Below the pieces are notes generated by a model. It ran no database searches. It saw only the letters and a list, made by a program, of their open reading frames with translations, and had not been told where the DNA came from. From the NCBI GenBank assembly GCA_050298595.1, contig JBNKUM010000067.1, positions 2,976-66,975 on the forward strand: a stretch of 64,000 bases of DNA. Direction: 5' to 3'. Of the stretch, positions 23,272 to 31,765 are shown in pieces. Within the stretch, counting starts at the first letter, position 1. Each line of letters starts with the position of its first letter. The stretch is from Gammaproteobacteria bacterium. GTDB taxonomy: Bacteria > Pseudomonadota > Gammaproteobacteria > GCA-001735895. A program made the position numbers and the translations under genes.

Positions 23272-24741
23272 TCATTCTCCACGCTGTTGATCAATACGTC
23301 GTCTGAACGAAGCCATAATGCTTTTATATAACTGATGCCCCAACACCTTGTCTTCTACTTCGGAATCTATACTGGGGTTATCATTCACTTCGATCACAAA
23401 TACACCCGCATCGGTTTCTTTTAGATCTACTCCATATAGACCATCACCAATCAGGTTAGCTGCTTTGACTGCGGTCTTAACTACCTTTTTGGGTGCAGCT
23501 TCTATGGTCATAGTTTCAAAGTCACCGCTATAGTTTTCACCTGCCGCATGATCGTAGATTTGCCAATGTCCGGAAGACATCATGTATTTACACACAAACA
23601 GAGGTTTACGATCGAGTACTCCTACGCGCCAGTCATAATCTGTGTACATGTATTCCTGCGCGAGGATAAGGTCAGAATCGCGAAACAGCTTTTGACAGGT
23701 AGATTTCAGCTCTTTTAAGTTTTCAGCCTTGTAAACACCACGAGAAAAGGAGCCGTCGGGTATCTTTAGAATAATAGGGAAACTAATATCCTTACTGAGT
23801 TGCTTTTCCTGACCCTTGCTCAGGATTAATGTCTTTGGTGTCGGCACCTTATTGGCACGTAATAATTCTTCCAGAAACACCTTGTTAGTACAGCGCAATA
23901 TCGAATCAGGATCATCCATCACCACCAGTCCTTCATTCTGCGCCCGGCGCGCAAAACGAAAGGTATGGTGATCTATGGAAGTCGTTTCACGAATAAACAG
24001 GGCATCATATTCAGCAATGCGACCGTAATCTTTTTTAGTGATCAATTCTGCGGACATGCCTGACTCGTTTGCCGCCTTAATAAAGCACCCGAGTGCCTCT
24101 GCATCTGATGGCGGTAATTTCTCCGCTGGATTGTGCAAGATTGCCAGTTCATATTTATATTGGCGCTGAGCTTTTGGTTTACGCCAGGGTTTACTCAGAT
24201 AAGCCTGTAACGCTGAGACAAAAGTAATCTTTTCCTGATCATCAAGAGACTTGAGTGAAACTGGCCGAACATCTTCTATCCTCCAACCTTTTTTATACCT
24301 GAAATCTACTCGCAGTAAAGGCGTACTAAAGATCTCAAAAATCTGTTGCCCCAGTTCCTGTAACTCAGGAATAGAGGAACGACCAAACATCACTTTGATT
24401 TTCAGGCGTGTTATTTCCGAAGATAGTCCTTTTTTACTGATGGCTTTTTCCACCTGGTTTTCAAGATTTCGTGTCATCAGGCTATAGATAGAGCGTCGAC
24501 TCAAATCCTGAATAGTGCGCACCGACGGTATTACCTTATGGTTCCTGGCTTCGGCTAGCAGTGAACAGTAATAGCCCAGACTGGCATAGCGATGACTGCG
24601 ACACAGATTGACGATGCGCAAGCGCTGCTCGGGGGGATAGCTTTTGCCTGTCAGGTATTCATTTACGGTAATCACTTTCAGATCCGGAAATTGCTTAGGC
24701 CAGTGTGACAGCTTTTCGACGATGACTATGTGCTCTGACAT
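23272..24741 (-). CDS. RimK-like ATP-grasp ligase with long N-terminal domain
   Basis: 489 aa. The C-terminal ~290 aa look like a RimK/glutathione-synthetase-type ATP-grasp (PIILKIPDGSFSRGV, LILAQEYMYTDYDWRV, GVDLKETDAGVFVIEVNDNP). The N-terminal ~200 aa fit the RimK-like N-terminal (RLAN) position; this needs an HMM check. Confidence 0.75.
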   Translation of the reverse strand: MSEHIVIVEKLSHWPKQFPDLKVITVNEYLTGKSYPPEQRLRIVNLCRSHRYASLGYYCSLLAEARNHKVIPSVRTIQDLSRRSIYSLMTRNLENQVEKAISKKGLSSEITRLKIKVMFGRSSIPELQELGQQIFEIFSTPLLRVDFRYKKGWRIEDVRPVSLKSLDDQEKITFVSALQAYLSKPWRKPKAQRQYKYELAILHNPAEKLPPSDAEALGCFIKAANESGMSAELITKKDYGRIAEYDALFIRETTSIDHHTFRFARRAQNEGLVVMDDPDSILRCTNKVFLEELLRANKVPTPKTLILSKGQEKQLSKDISFPIILKIPDGSFSRGVYKAENLKELKSTCQKLFRDSDLILAQEYMYTDYDWRVGVLDRKPLFVCKYMMSSGHWQIYDHAAGENYSGDFETMTIEAAPKKVVKTAVKAANLIGDGLYGVDLKETDAGVFVIEVNDNPSIDSEVEDKVLGHQLYKSIMASFRRRIDQQRGE

Positions 24742-24762
24742 TCTTTTTCTCAGCCCGGGTAA

Positions 24763-25866
24763 TTATTTTTTGTGGTTATTCGAAATCAATACGACAGCCT
24801 GCAGGCCAGAACGACCGAAACGTGCCATGCGTGAGAACTCCCTGCGCGGGATAGCGATATTGATTGAGTCAGTTGGTGTTTCTCCTTCCTCACGATCAAC
24901 AAAAGGGTCATTCACGTATACCAGATGCTGGTCAAATCCACAAACGACTACCCAGTGAGGATTCTTTTCACCATAAATACGGTAAGAACTGATCAGTACA
25001 ATCGGAATCGCACCTGAGTTAAGCCTGGCTTCCATCTCCGGTTGTTCCAGGTTCTGGTAATGCACCGGGATCTGGTAATCTTTGATCTCCCCCAGCATCT
25101 CTTCATGTACCAGACGCATGACTTCTTTCTTTTCTGGGCTACGTACTGTTTCCACAAATGGCACGCCCTGATCATTAACATGAATAACTGCATTGAATCC
25201 ACGCTTATGAGCCGCTAGCGCCAGACCAAAGGGGCCGCAGCCGCCATGGCCGGATGTCATAAATATCGTAGTCGCTTCACGCCATAGACGGATTTCCAGT
25301 GTTCTATCCAGTGTCAATTCAGGTTGCAGACTTTTCATTGCCATCATCAAAGCAGAAGCACCGCAGGTAAATTCCAGTGTCTGCTCGTAAAAAGGCATAT
25401 TGGCTAATTGTGGAGGCTGATCTGGTTGCAGGCTTTTCTCGAAGCGTAGTGCGGGCATATGATCTTCATAATAATCTGCCAGTACGCCAAAGCGATGGTA
25501 GCCCAGTCCTTCAAACAGTCGCAATGACGCAGCATTGTCTTCTCGTATTTCAAGGCGAATATAAAAACGTCCCTGATCACGTGCCGCGGTTTCGGCAGCA
25601 TTGACCAGCCGCCTGCCTATTCCCATGCCACGAGCGCGTTCCTCGATGGCAATAGAATACAGACGTGCAACCGAGGTTGCCCGGTTATATAGCACCATGA
25701 CATATCCAGCCAGCCCTTCATTATCTTCAGATAACAGTATATCCGCATGAGAGCGGGTCAGCAGATAACGCCATTGTCGACGTGAAATCAGGTCTGTCTC
25801 GAAACAACGTTTTTCTATACCCGTGAGCTGGTCAATATCAGAAAGTTTGGCAGGGCGGATCAACAA
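24763..25866 (-). CDS. GNAT N-acetyltransferase fused to papain-like (C39-like) peptidase domain
   Basis: 367 aa. N-terminal half is GNAT (ARGMGIGRRLVNAAE). C-terminal half has Cys (LEFTCGASALMMA), His (NPHWVVVCGF) and Asp (VYVNDP) in papain-fold order. Start is TTG. The 21-nt gap to the ATP-grasp gene suggests an operon. Confidence 0.75.
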   Translation of the reverse strand: MLIRPAKLSDIDQLTGIEKRCFETDLISRRQWRYLLTRSHADILLSEDNEGLAGYVMVLYNRATSVARLYSIAIEERARGMGIGRRLVNAAETAARDQGRFYIRLEIREDNAASLRLFEGLGYHRFGVLADYYEDHMPALRFEKSLQPDQPPQLANMPFYEQTLEFTCGASALMMAMKSLQPELTLDRTLEIRLWREATTIFMTSGHGGCGPFGLALAAHKRGFNAVIHVNDQGVPFVETVRSPEKKEVMRLVHEEMLGEIKDYQIPVHYQNLEQPEMEARLNSGAIPIVLISSYRIYGEKNPHWVVVCGFDQHLVYVNDPFVDREEGETPTDSINIAIPRREFSRMARFGRSGLQAVVLISNNHKK

Positions 25867-26155
25867 AGTATCGCAATTGGGATATTTAGAAATCTTATCT
25901 TAGCAACTTTGAATAAAAAGGAAATGGATATTTTTTAAAGTTGGAATAGCTACTATGACTGTTATTTTTGGCATTAAATTGAATTCCTGACCAATATGAA
26001 AATCCGATAAAACTACTTTTTTGTGATCGTGCTCGTTAAAATACAGCCTTAACCACCAGATGAACCACAACAGTGATCAGTTTTTTTATCTGTTACATGA
26101 TGCCGTATCGTAAGCAACCACACACTTTACTTGCAAAAGAACATCGGGGTTCCTG

Positions 26156-27283
26156 ATGAGTTTCTGCCGCTTTTACGATAATGCAGACTGCCGTTCCTGT
26201 TCGTTGCTTGAGCTCTCCTACCCAATGCAATTGCAACAGAAAGAACAACAACTGCATCAGATTCTCGATCACTTCAAACCAGCCCACTGGCTTGCGCCGA
26301 TAACCGGATCTCAAACAGGTTTCCGCAACAAAGCAAAAATGGTCGCTACAGCGTCACCCCAGGGTATCGTACTCGGATTGTCTGGTGGCATTAGTCTGAT
26401 CGAATGTCCACTGTATGAAAGCAACATGCAAAGGGTATTGCAGCAGGTGCAGCGCTGGTTGAATACTATAGGGGTCAAAGCATATGACGTAAAACGTAAA
26501 AGCGGTGAATTAAAGTATGTATTATTCACCCGCAGCACATACGATAACTCGATGATGCTGCGTTTTGTATTACGCTCGACGTCCAGTATTGATGTTCTGC
26601 GCAAATCTCTCAACTTACTACTCAATAGCGCAACTGAATTAAAAGTAGTCAGTGTCAATCTACAACCTGTACACATGGCGATACTCGAGGGTGATGAAGA
26701 GATTTTTCTCACAGAGCAAACTGTGCTGGAGGAATCCCTGAATGGAATCCCGCTGTTCATCCGGCCCAAAAGCTTTTTCCAGACCAATCCTGAAGTAGCG
26801 GCAAAGCTATACCAGAGCGCAGCTGAATGGGTCGACTCTACCGGCGCTAAAACTATTATGGATCTGTTTTGCGGTGTCGGCGGATTTGCCCTGCATGTCG
26901 CGAATAATGATCGTAACGTCATTGGCATTGAAATCGAAGAGGAAGCCATCATCTGTGCGTCCAAATCTGCCAGGCGACTCGGCATCAATACTCTGAGCTT
27001 TAAAGCACTGGATGCAACGAGTTACAGCACAGAAACATCTACTCCGCCTGAGGTACTCATTGTCAATCCTCCGCGCAGAGGATTAGGCCAACAGCTATGC
27101 AACTGGATAGAAAGCAGTTCGCCTCAGCATATTATTTATTCAAGCTGTAATGCCGCCAGTCTCGGCCAGGATCTGACTGCAATGGAATCTTACAGTGTTG
27201 CCAAAGTACAGATGTTTGATATGTTCCCTCACTCGCGGCATTTCGAGACACTGGTTTATCTGGTAAAAAAAACAGGTAAATGA
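26156..27283 (+). CDS. rlmC: 23S rRNA (uracil747-C5)-methyltransferase
   Basis: 375 aa, the same length as E. coli RlmC and collinear with it (CRSC cluster, GFRNKAKMV, GELKYVLFT, FFQTNPEVA, DLFCGVGGF, NPPRRGLG, YSSCNA). Confidence 0.9.
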   Translation: MSFCRFYDNADCRSCSLLELSYPMQLQQKEQQLHQILDHFKPAHWLAPITGSQTGFRNKAKMVATASPQGIVLGLSGGISLIECPLYESNMQRVLQQVQRWLNTIGVKAYDVKRKSGELKYVLFTRSTYDNSMMLRFVLRSTSSIDVLRKSLNLLLNSATELKVVSVNLQPVHMAILEGDEEIFLTEQTVLEESLNGIPLFIRPKSFFQTNPEVAAKLYQSAAEWVDSTGAKTIMDLFCGVGGFALHVANNDRNVIGIEIEEEAIICASKSARRLGINTLSFKALDATSYSTETSTPPEVLIVNPPRRGLGQQLCNWIESSSPQHIIYSSCNAASLGQDLTAMESYSVAKVQMFDMFPHSRHFETLVYLVKKTGK

Positions 27284-27286
27284 TAT

Positions 27287-30100
27287 TTAGTCTTTCAATG
27301 CTTTTAATATGGTCGTGTAGTCAAAGTTCCTGGCGAGCTGAGTCAGTTTGCTCTGTAATTCCTGGTCGTGCATCGAAACCTGCTGGATGACCGCCTCAAT
27401 GCGCTTGGACTCCAGGCTTTCTAGCACTTCAACGAACTCATTGCGCAGTGCTTCAGGCAGGCTATTCAACATCTGCGGCGTTAACGATATATCCGGTTCT
27501 ATTACGTCTGATTCCACAGCGCTCTCATAAAGATATTTCACGCCTAGCTGTCTTGAAAGGCAATCATAAATCTCGCCCGGTCGGTAGGGCTTGCGCACAT
27601 AGTCATCCATGCCACTAGCAAGCATTTCGTCCCGCTCTTCGTCAAACGCCGATGCAGTCACTGCAGCAATCTTAACCTCCTTGCCACCCGCTAATTCACG
27701 GATGCGCCGTGTCGCCTGTATGCCATCCATCACAGGCATGCGTCTATCCATCCAGATGAAATGTGGATGCCAGCTCTCAAACAGTTGTACCCCCTGCTCA
27801 CCGTTCTCGGCTATCCTGACCTTAAAACCAACAGATTCCATAAACCTGCTCAGTAGCAACTGATTATCACGCTGGTCTTCCACGATCAAAATACGATACT
27901 CGCCCTGGTCAGGGGCCAGCGCCATCACTTCGTCCTTGACGATCACCTGCTCTGCCATAGTAATATCTGCCTCCTGTGCTTCAATCAGGGGTAGGTCGAG
28001 CCTGAACAACGAGCCTTTACCTGGAGCACTTTCCAGCCAGATATTCCCGCCCATCATCTTTACAAATTGACGCGTAATCGTTAATCCCAGCCCGGTGCCT
28101 TTATTGGTACCCTGTTCGCCAAGTTGCACAAAAGGCTCGAAAACCTTTTGCTGGTCTTCAACCGCTATGCCAATGCCAGTGTCCTCTACATCGATCAGCA
28201 GATGAGAGATCTTATTATCCTTTGTGTCCAGGCGTAGCGTGACCCCCCCCTGCTCAGTATTTTTGATGGCGTTGCTTACCAGATTGATCAGAATCTGCCG
28301 TAGACGGGCCTGATCACCGACAATGAAACGTGGGAATAGAGAACTCTGGTCGATCCTTAATTGCAGGCCTTTGTTGAAAGCACGTTGCTGCATCATGTCA
28401 ATAATATCGCGCACCAGAGTACCCAGATCGAAGGCTGCATTTTCCAGATTCACCTGTCCCGCTTCGATCTTGGCCATATCTAGCACATCGTTAATCAGCG
28501 CCAGCAGATGTTTACCGCTACGACTAATAATTTCGATGTTCTCACGCAGGGATTCGTGTAGTAATGGATTATTGGTCATGAGTTCGGAGAACCCGAGGAT
28601 GGCGTTCAGAGGTGTGCGAAGTTCATGACTCATATTGGCCAGGAAGGCACTCTTGGCACGGCTGGCTGATTCAGCGTGTTCCTTGGCAGATAGCAACTGC
28701 CGATTTGAATCGGCTAACTCGTGAGTACGTTCATTCACCTTTGCCTCCAGGCCCCCAATTAATGCATGCAATTGACCTGCAATATTATTAAAGACGGATG
28801 TCAGCTCACTGATTTCATCTTCCGATTGGGGTGCTATTGGATGCTGTAGATAACGTCTCAGAGCAATACGCTGGCTATACTCTCTATCTACTTCTTCTTC
28901 CACCATCTCAGGTTTCTCCAGACCCATCGCAGATACTGCCCTGGTAAGCGCCCTGATCGGTGCAACGATTCTACTGATCAAGGAGTATCCGACGGCACCT
29001 CCCAACACAAGAATAAACACAGACGCGGCAATAATGCCCATGACGGTTTGGCGGATGGTGGCAATGGTGTTTTCCCTCGAAAGTGCCTGACTCAGAATAA
29101 GCGAGCTACCATCCTCTGCTATCTGCCAGGGCATAGAAGCCTGGTAGTAGGAATCCCCTCCTATATTTACGGTATGCAACTGGATAAGCGGGTCTCTTTG
29201 CGCAGACAAAACTTCAGTTGGTGTAGCCAGATCTACCAATTGAACACGCTGCTGCCCATCTGCGGAGATAATAGCCGGCAACAAACCCGTCTTCTCAGTA
29301 AGATTTTGCAGAAAGCCTTTGTCAAATACCTGAGTAAAAACAAACATACCGATCCTGACCGGTAAGTCCTCCTGCGTTAGCTGGGCTTGCAAAGCTGTCG
29401 TAGGCGTGGCTATGCTCAGGTTTTCGGCAATGACTTCGTTAAAAGACTGGCGAATCATACCTTGAATCGGCACTATCACGTGCAGCTCGATAACCTCTTG
29501 TGCAGGAAAATCGAAGCTTACCGTCACCCTGTCCACATTGGGAAAGTGGCGATGGATTGATCCTGGCAGTGGGATTTCTGACCAGTTACGCCAGTCATCC
29601 AGCGGTACCTTACCATTTCTGTACTGCTGAATCCCAACCACCCTAGTTTGACTATCGTGTCGCTTTATCATGCCCGCCGCCTGCGGCGTCACAAAATGTG
29701 ACAGGTCATCATCTAGATACACCGCCACACTGGACAGGCGTGCGGAGAGCAGGATTAACTGTAAGCGGTTTAAGGATGTGACCCGGTTAAGACTTACAGC
29801 GCTGTCGAGAGGAGCGCTAGGTTGATTTTTCAGCTTGAGTAGCTGGCTGTATAAAACAGCCATATCGCTAAGATTCTTTTCGTCACGCGCGGCTTGCATA
29901 GACACATTAGACATACGGTTGCGCATTTCCTGTAGATCGTTTTGAAATACGATCAACTCACGTGACAATCGGTTATAGGCTTCTGCCTGACTCTCGCGGT
30001 TAATCAGGTATGAAGCCAGCAGGGCATTAAGCAGCGTAACCGCTAACAGAAATGCCGCAAAGATAGCCAGTAGCTTGTATTTAATACTTACAATTTTCAC
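27287..30100 (-). CDS. Hybrid sensor histidine kinase (HK1): periplasmic domain, HAMP, HisKA-HATPase, receiver, C-terminal extension
   Basis: 937 aa with two TM segments flanking a ~330-aa periplasmic region. [20 protein letters not shown]; GTGLGLTITRQF; receiver ILIVEDQRDNQ...MDRRMPVMDG. Paralogue of 31766..34588. Confidence 0.9.
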   Translation of the reverse strand: MKIVSIKYKLLAIFAAFLLAVTLLNALLASYLINRESQAEAYNRLSRELIVFQNDLQEMRNRMSNVSMQAARDEKNLSDMAVLYSQLLKLKNQPSAPLDSAVSLNRVTSLNRLQLILLSARLSSVAVYLDDDLSHFVTPQAAGMIKRHDSQTRVVGIQQYRNGKVPLDDWRNWSEIPLPGSIHRHFPNVDRVTVSFDFPAQEVIELHVIVPIQGMIRQSFNEVIAENLSIATPTTALQAQLTQEDLPVRIGMFVFTQVFDKGFLQNLTEKTGLLPAIISADGQQRVQLVDLATPTEVLSAQRDPLIQLHTVNIGGDSYYQASMPWQIAEDGSSLILSQALSRENTIATIRQTVMGIIAASVFILVLGGAVGYSLISRIVAPIRALTRAVSAMGLEKPEMVEEEVDREYSQRIALRRYLQHPIAPQSEDEISELTSVFNNIAGQLHALIGGLEAKVNERTHELADSNRQLLSAKEHAESASRAKSAFLANMSHELRTPLNAILGFSELMTNNPLLHESLRENIEIISRSGKHLLALINDVLDMAKIEAGQVNLENAAFDLGTLVRDIIDMMQQRAFNKGLQLRIDQSSLFPRFIVGDQARLRQILINLVSNAIKNTEQGGVTLRLDTKDNKISHLLIDVEDTGIGIAVEDQQKVFEPFVQLGEQGTNKGTGLGLTITRQFVKMMGGNIWLESAPGKGSLFRLDLPLIEAQEADITMAEQVIVKDEVMALAPDQGEYRILIVEDQRDNQLLLSRFMESVGFKVRIAENGEQGVQLFESWHPHFIWMDRRMPVMDGIQATRRIRELAGGKEVKIAAVTASAFDEERDEMLASGMDDYVRKPYRPGEIYDCLSRQLGVKYLYESAVESDVIEPDISLTPQMLNSLPEALRNEFVEVLESLESKRIEAVIQQVSMHDQELQSKLTQLARNFDYTTILKALKD

Positions 30101-30184
30101 TATTAATTAGCATCAGTAATCGATGCACGTCCCTCAATCAATCAGCTGATAAAAAACAGGGGCTCGTTGCACATCCGTTCAACA

Positions 30185-31546
30185 CTACCGATGAGCATAA
30201 CCGTTATGATCTTGAATGTCCTGATCAATCTTTTCGGCTGCTTTACTGAGTTCGGCCTGCACATCAGCCCCTTTAATTATATTATCTACCGCCTCGGCGA
30301 AGACTTTGGTGATAGTTGCATAGGCTGGCGTGAGGGGACGAGGCACAGCCCAACCGGCTTCTATCTGTTGAACATACACGTTTAAAGGGCCACCTGGCTG
30401 GTAAAGCTCTGACCTGGCAAATGCCGATTTACGCGCCGGTACACCAGGGTGAATACCTGTCCAACGCACAATCTTGTCGGGTTGCAGAATATAGTCCAGG
30501 ATCGCCCAGCTCCCTTCAGGATTCTGGCAGGAGCTGGTGATACCAAAATTCCAGGCACCCAAACCAGTTTTGGGTCCATTGCCAAAGTCAGGCATGGGGA
30601 TGACAACCAAATCTTCGCCCAAAGCATCCGCATAGCTGCTATAGGTCCAGTGTCCTACCCAGGAAAGCGCCGCTTTGCCAGAAGCAAAATCCGTATCTCC
30701 CTGTGGGCTGGGGTTAGCCCAGCCCTTCTGGAACCAGCTCTGGAAATGCTGCATAGCTGTGACGGATTGAGGTCCATCCAGTACGCCTTTGGCAGACTGG
30801 TAGTTATTGCGATCAATCAAGTCACCGCCGAAAGACTGCAGGATGGGTGAAAAACCATAGGTAAAGAATTCACCGCGCCCATAGTTGATTTTCATATCCA
30901 GTGGATATTCAACGTCTGGGACGGCGGCCAGTTTTTCTAAAGCCGCTTCAAACTCAGCCAGATCCCATGGCTGCTGGATGGTAGGTATGCGCACGCCAGC
31001 TGCCTTTAGGTACTGGCGATTGCCATACATCGCCAGACCAGAGTCAACTATACCCAGTGTATACAGATTATTATTGTAGGTTCCCTGGGCAATGATAGAG
31101 GGCAGGAAATCGGCCTTCATCTGTGCTGACACAAAGCGGTCTATGGGTTGCAGGTAACCCAGCCAGGCCAGATATGAGACCATAGGTCCGTCAAAGAAAA
31201 GCAGGCAGGGCAGATCACCTGTGCGCCCGGCAGCCAGGATGCGGTCGGTGTAAATGCCTTCTGGCACCAGTGTCATCTCGGCTGAGTAGCGATCCTGCTC
31301 CTTGTTAAAGTCCTTCAGATTGAGTTCCATTGCTTTTAAGGCATTACCGGTACCGGCATTGAACCATACCGTCACGATTTGATTCCTGCTAACTGCGGCT
31401 GATGGAGGCTTAATCTTAGTGGGCGCTGGTTCAGGCGCTATACTGGCTGGTGGGCTTTTAGCAGTGGGTTCACTGGGTGGATCGCAAGCCGTTAGCACGG
31501 ATGCTAGCATGAATAAAATTATTAGATAACTAACCTTCTTGTGCAT
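30185..31546 (-). CDS. Orphan ABC-type (family 1, sugar/MalE-like) substrate-binding lipoprotein (SBP1)
   Basis: 453 aa. Lipobox LTAC followed by Asp at +2 and a Pro-rich linker. No permease or ATPase gene adjacent. 84 nt upstream of HK1. Confidence 0.8.
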   Translation of the reverse strand: MHKKVSYLIILFMLASVLTACDPPSEPTAKSPPASIAPEPAPTKIKPPSAAVSRNQIVTVWFNAGTGNALKAMELNLKDFNKEQDRYSAEMTLVPEGIYTDRILAAGRTGDLPCLLFFDGPMVSYLAWLGYLQPIDRFVSAQMKADFLPSIIAQGTYNNNLYTLGIVDSGLAMYGNRQYLKAAGVRIPTIQQPWDLAEFEAALEKLAAVPDVEYPLDMKINYGRGEFFTYGFSPILQSFGGDLIDRNNYQSAKGVLDGPQSVTAMQHFQSWFQKGWANPSPQGDTDFASGKAALSWVGHWTYSSYADALGEDLVVIPMPDFGNGPKTGLGAWNFGITSSCQNPEGSWAILDYILQPDKIVRWTGIHPGVPARKSAFARSELYQPGGPLNVYVQQIEAGWAVPRPLTPAYATITKVFAEAVDNIIKGADVQAELSKAAEKIDQDIQDHNGYAHR

Positions 31547-31765
31547 GACTTTTCACCTGTAAATGAATCGAATACCTTTTCAATCGTCGAGCTCTAATGA
31601 TCTGCCTGTCAGCAGCGGGATGCATGCGCTACTGCTTTTACTTTTATCTTCATACCCTTCAGACTCCTGAGTGTGAAAACCTATTTCTTACTTACGCGAT
31701 ATATAGCCCAGTTTGCACAGCGGTGTATGAATAATAAACGCCTCAGCCTTAGATCGACAGGCCAA

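Noticed and set aside
26311-26988. 225-aa ORF on the minus strand
   Set aside because: It lies entirely antisense to rlmC, whose product aligns end-to-end with E. coli RlmC. The translation is low-complexity and Ser/Leu/Arg-rich, typical of a shadow ORF.
27287-27560. Possibility that the post-receiver tails of the hybrid kinases are HPt domains
   Set aside because: No histidine is conserved among the three paralogous tails, and the 8890-9130 tail has none in the aligned stretch. No HxxKG-like motif is present. The tails are kept as a domain of unknown function instead.
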